DNA of 20,000 nucleotides, from NCBI GenBank assembly GCA_018398765.1, contig JAHBMJ010000068.1, positions 116,441 through 136,440 of the forward strand, read 5' to 3'. The notes below the pieces were generated by a model. That model was not told the origin of the DNA. It was given only the letters and a program-made list of their open reading frames with translations, and searched no databases. Made by a program: the position numbers and the translations under genes. Positions 19,768 through 20,000 of the stretch are shown one piece after another. Positions within the stretch are counted from its first letter, which is position 1. Every line of letters starts with the position of its first letter. The DNA is from Chromera velia. Its lineage: Eukaryota.

Positions 19768-20000
19768 CTATGGAGATGTATGGCGCGAGTGTTGCATACA
19801 CACAGAGTGGAAGGATGATAGTATGAGAGTAGAGTCAATACTTTGTGAAGGATTCATTGTGAGGTTCCGACTCTAAAGAGAGTGTCATCTCCTTTGTAGT
19901 TTCTCAAACCATCAGTGATCACTACACTTCTTGTTCAGCCTGATCAAACAACACATGTGCAACAGTGTGTACGGATGTCATAAATATGGCTTCCACAAAT
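19712..20000. repeat. Direct repeat, copy 2 (runs off the window)
   Basis: Matches 17565-17853. Confidence 0.95.

Noticed and set aside
1..20000. CRISPR arrays, rRNA, prokaryotic operons or defence systems
   Set aside because: No regularly spaced repeat-spacer array or rRNA-like sequence was seen, and the window has eukaryotic spliced gene structure.

Overview
Intron-rich eukaryotic DNA. The GTCAG-type donors, microsatellite-filled introns and abundant TGCATGCA suggest a chromerid/apicomplexan-related alveolate such as Chromera (inference only). Two divergent spliced host genes are present: a DHHC palmitoyltransferase on the minus strand (3775-6870, 4 exons, ~442 aa) and a KH-domain protein gene on the plus strand (~12.5-17.2 kb). 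Between them lies a 4.54-kb element (7358-11896) with split direct repeats arranged A1-[gag-like ORF]-B1A2-spacer-B2, the hallmark of PAT/TOC/Ngaro-type tyrosine-recombinase (DIRS-order) retrotransposons. It carries only a spliced gag-like gene and is integrated at a shared CAT core inside a palindromic (ATGC)6 array. The window also holds a decayed non-LTR retrotransposon 3' fragment, a 2147-bp-spaced direct repeat bracketing a nonsense-disrupted spliced gene, and several TpA-rich AT islands. Differences between repeat copies are almost all C-to-T/G-to-A changes at CpG and CpA, which points to a methylation/RIP-like mutational process.
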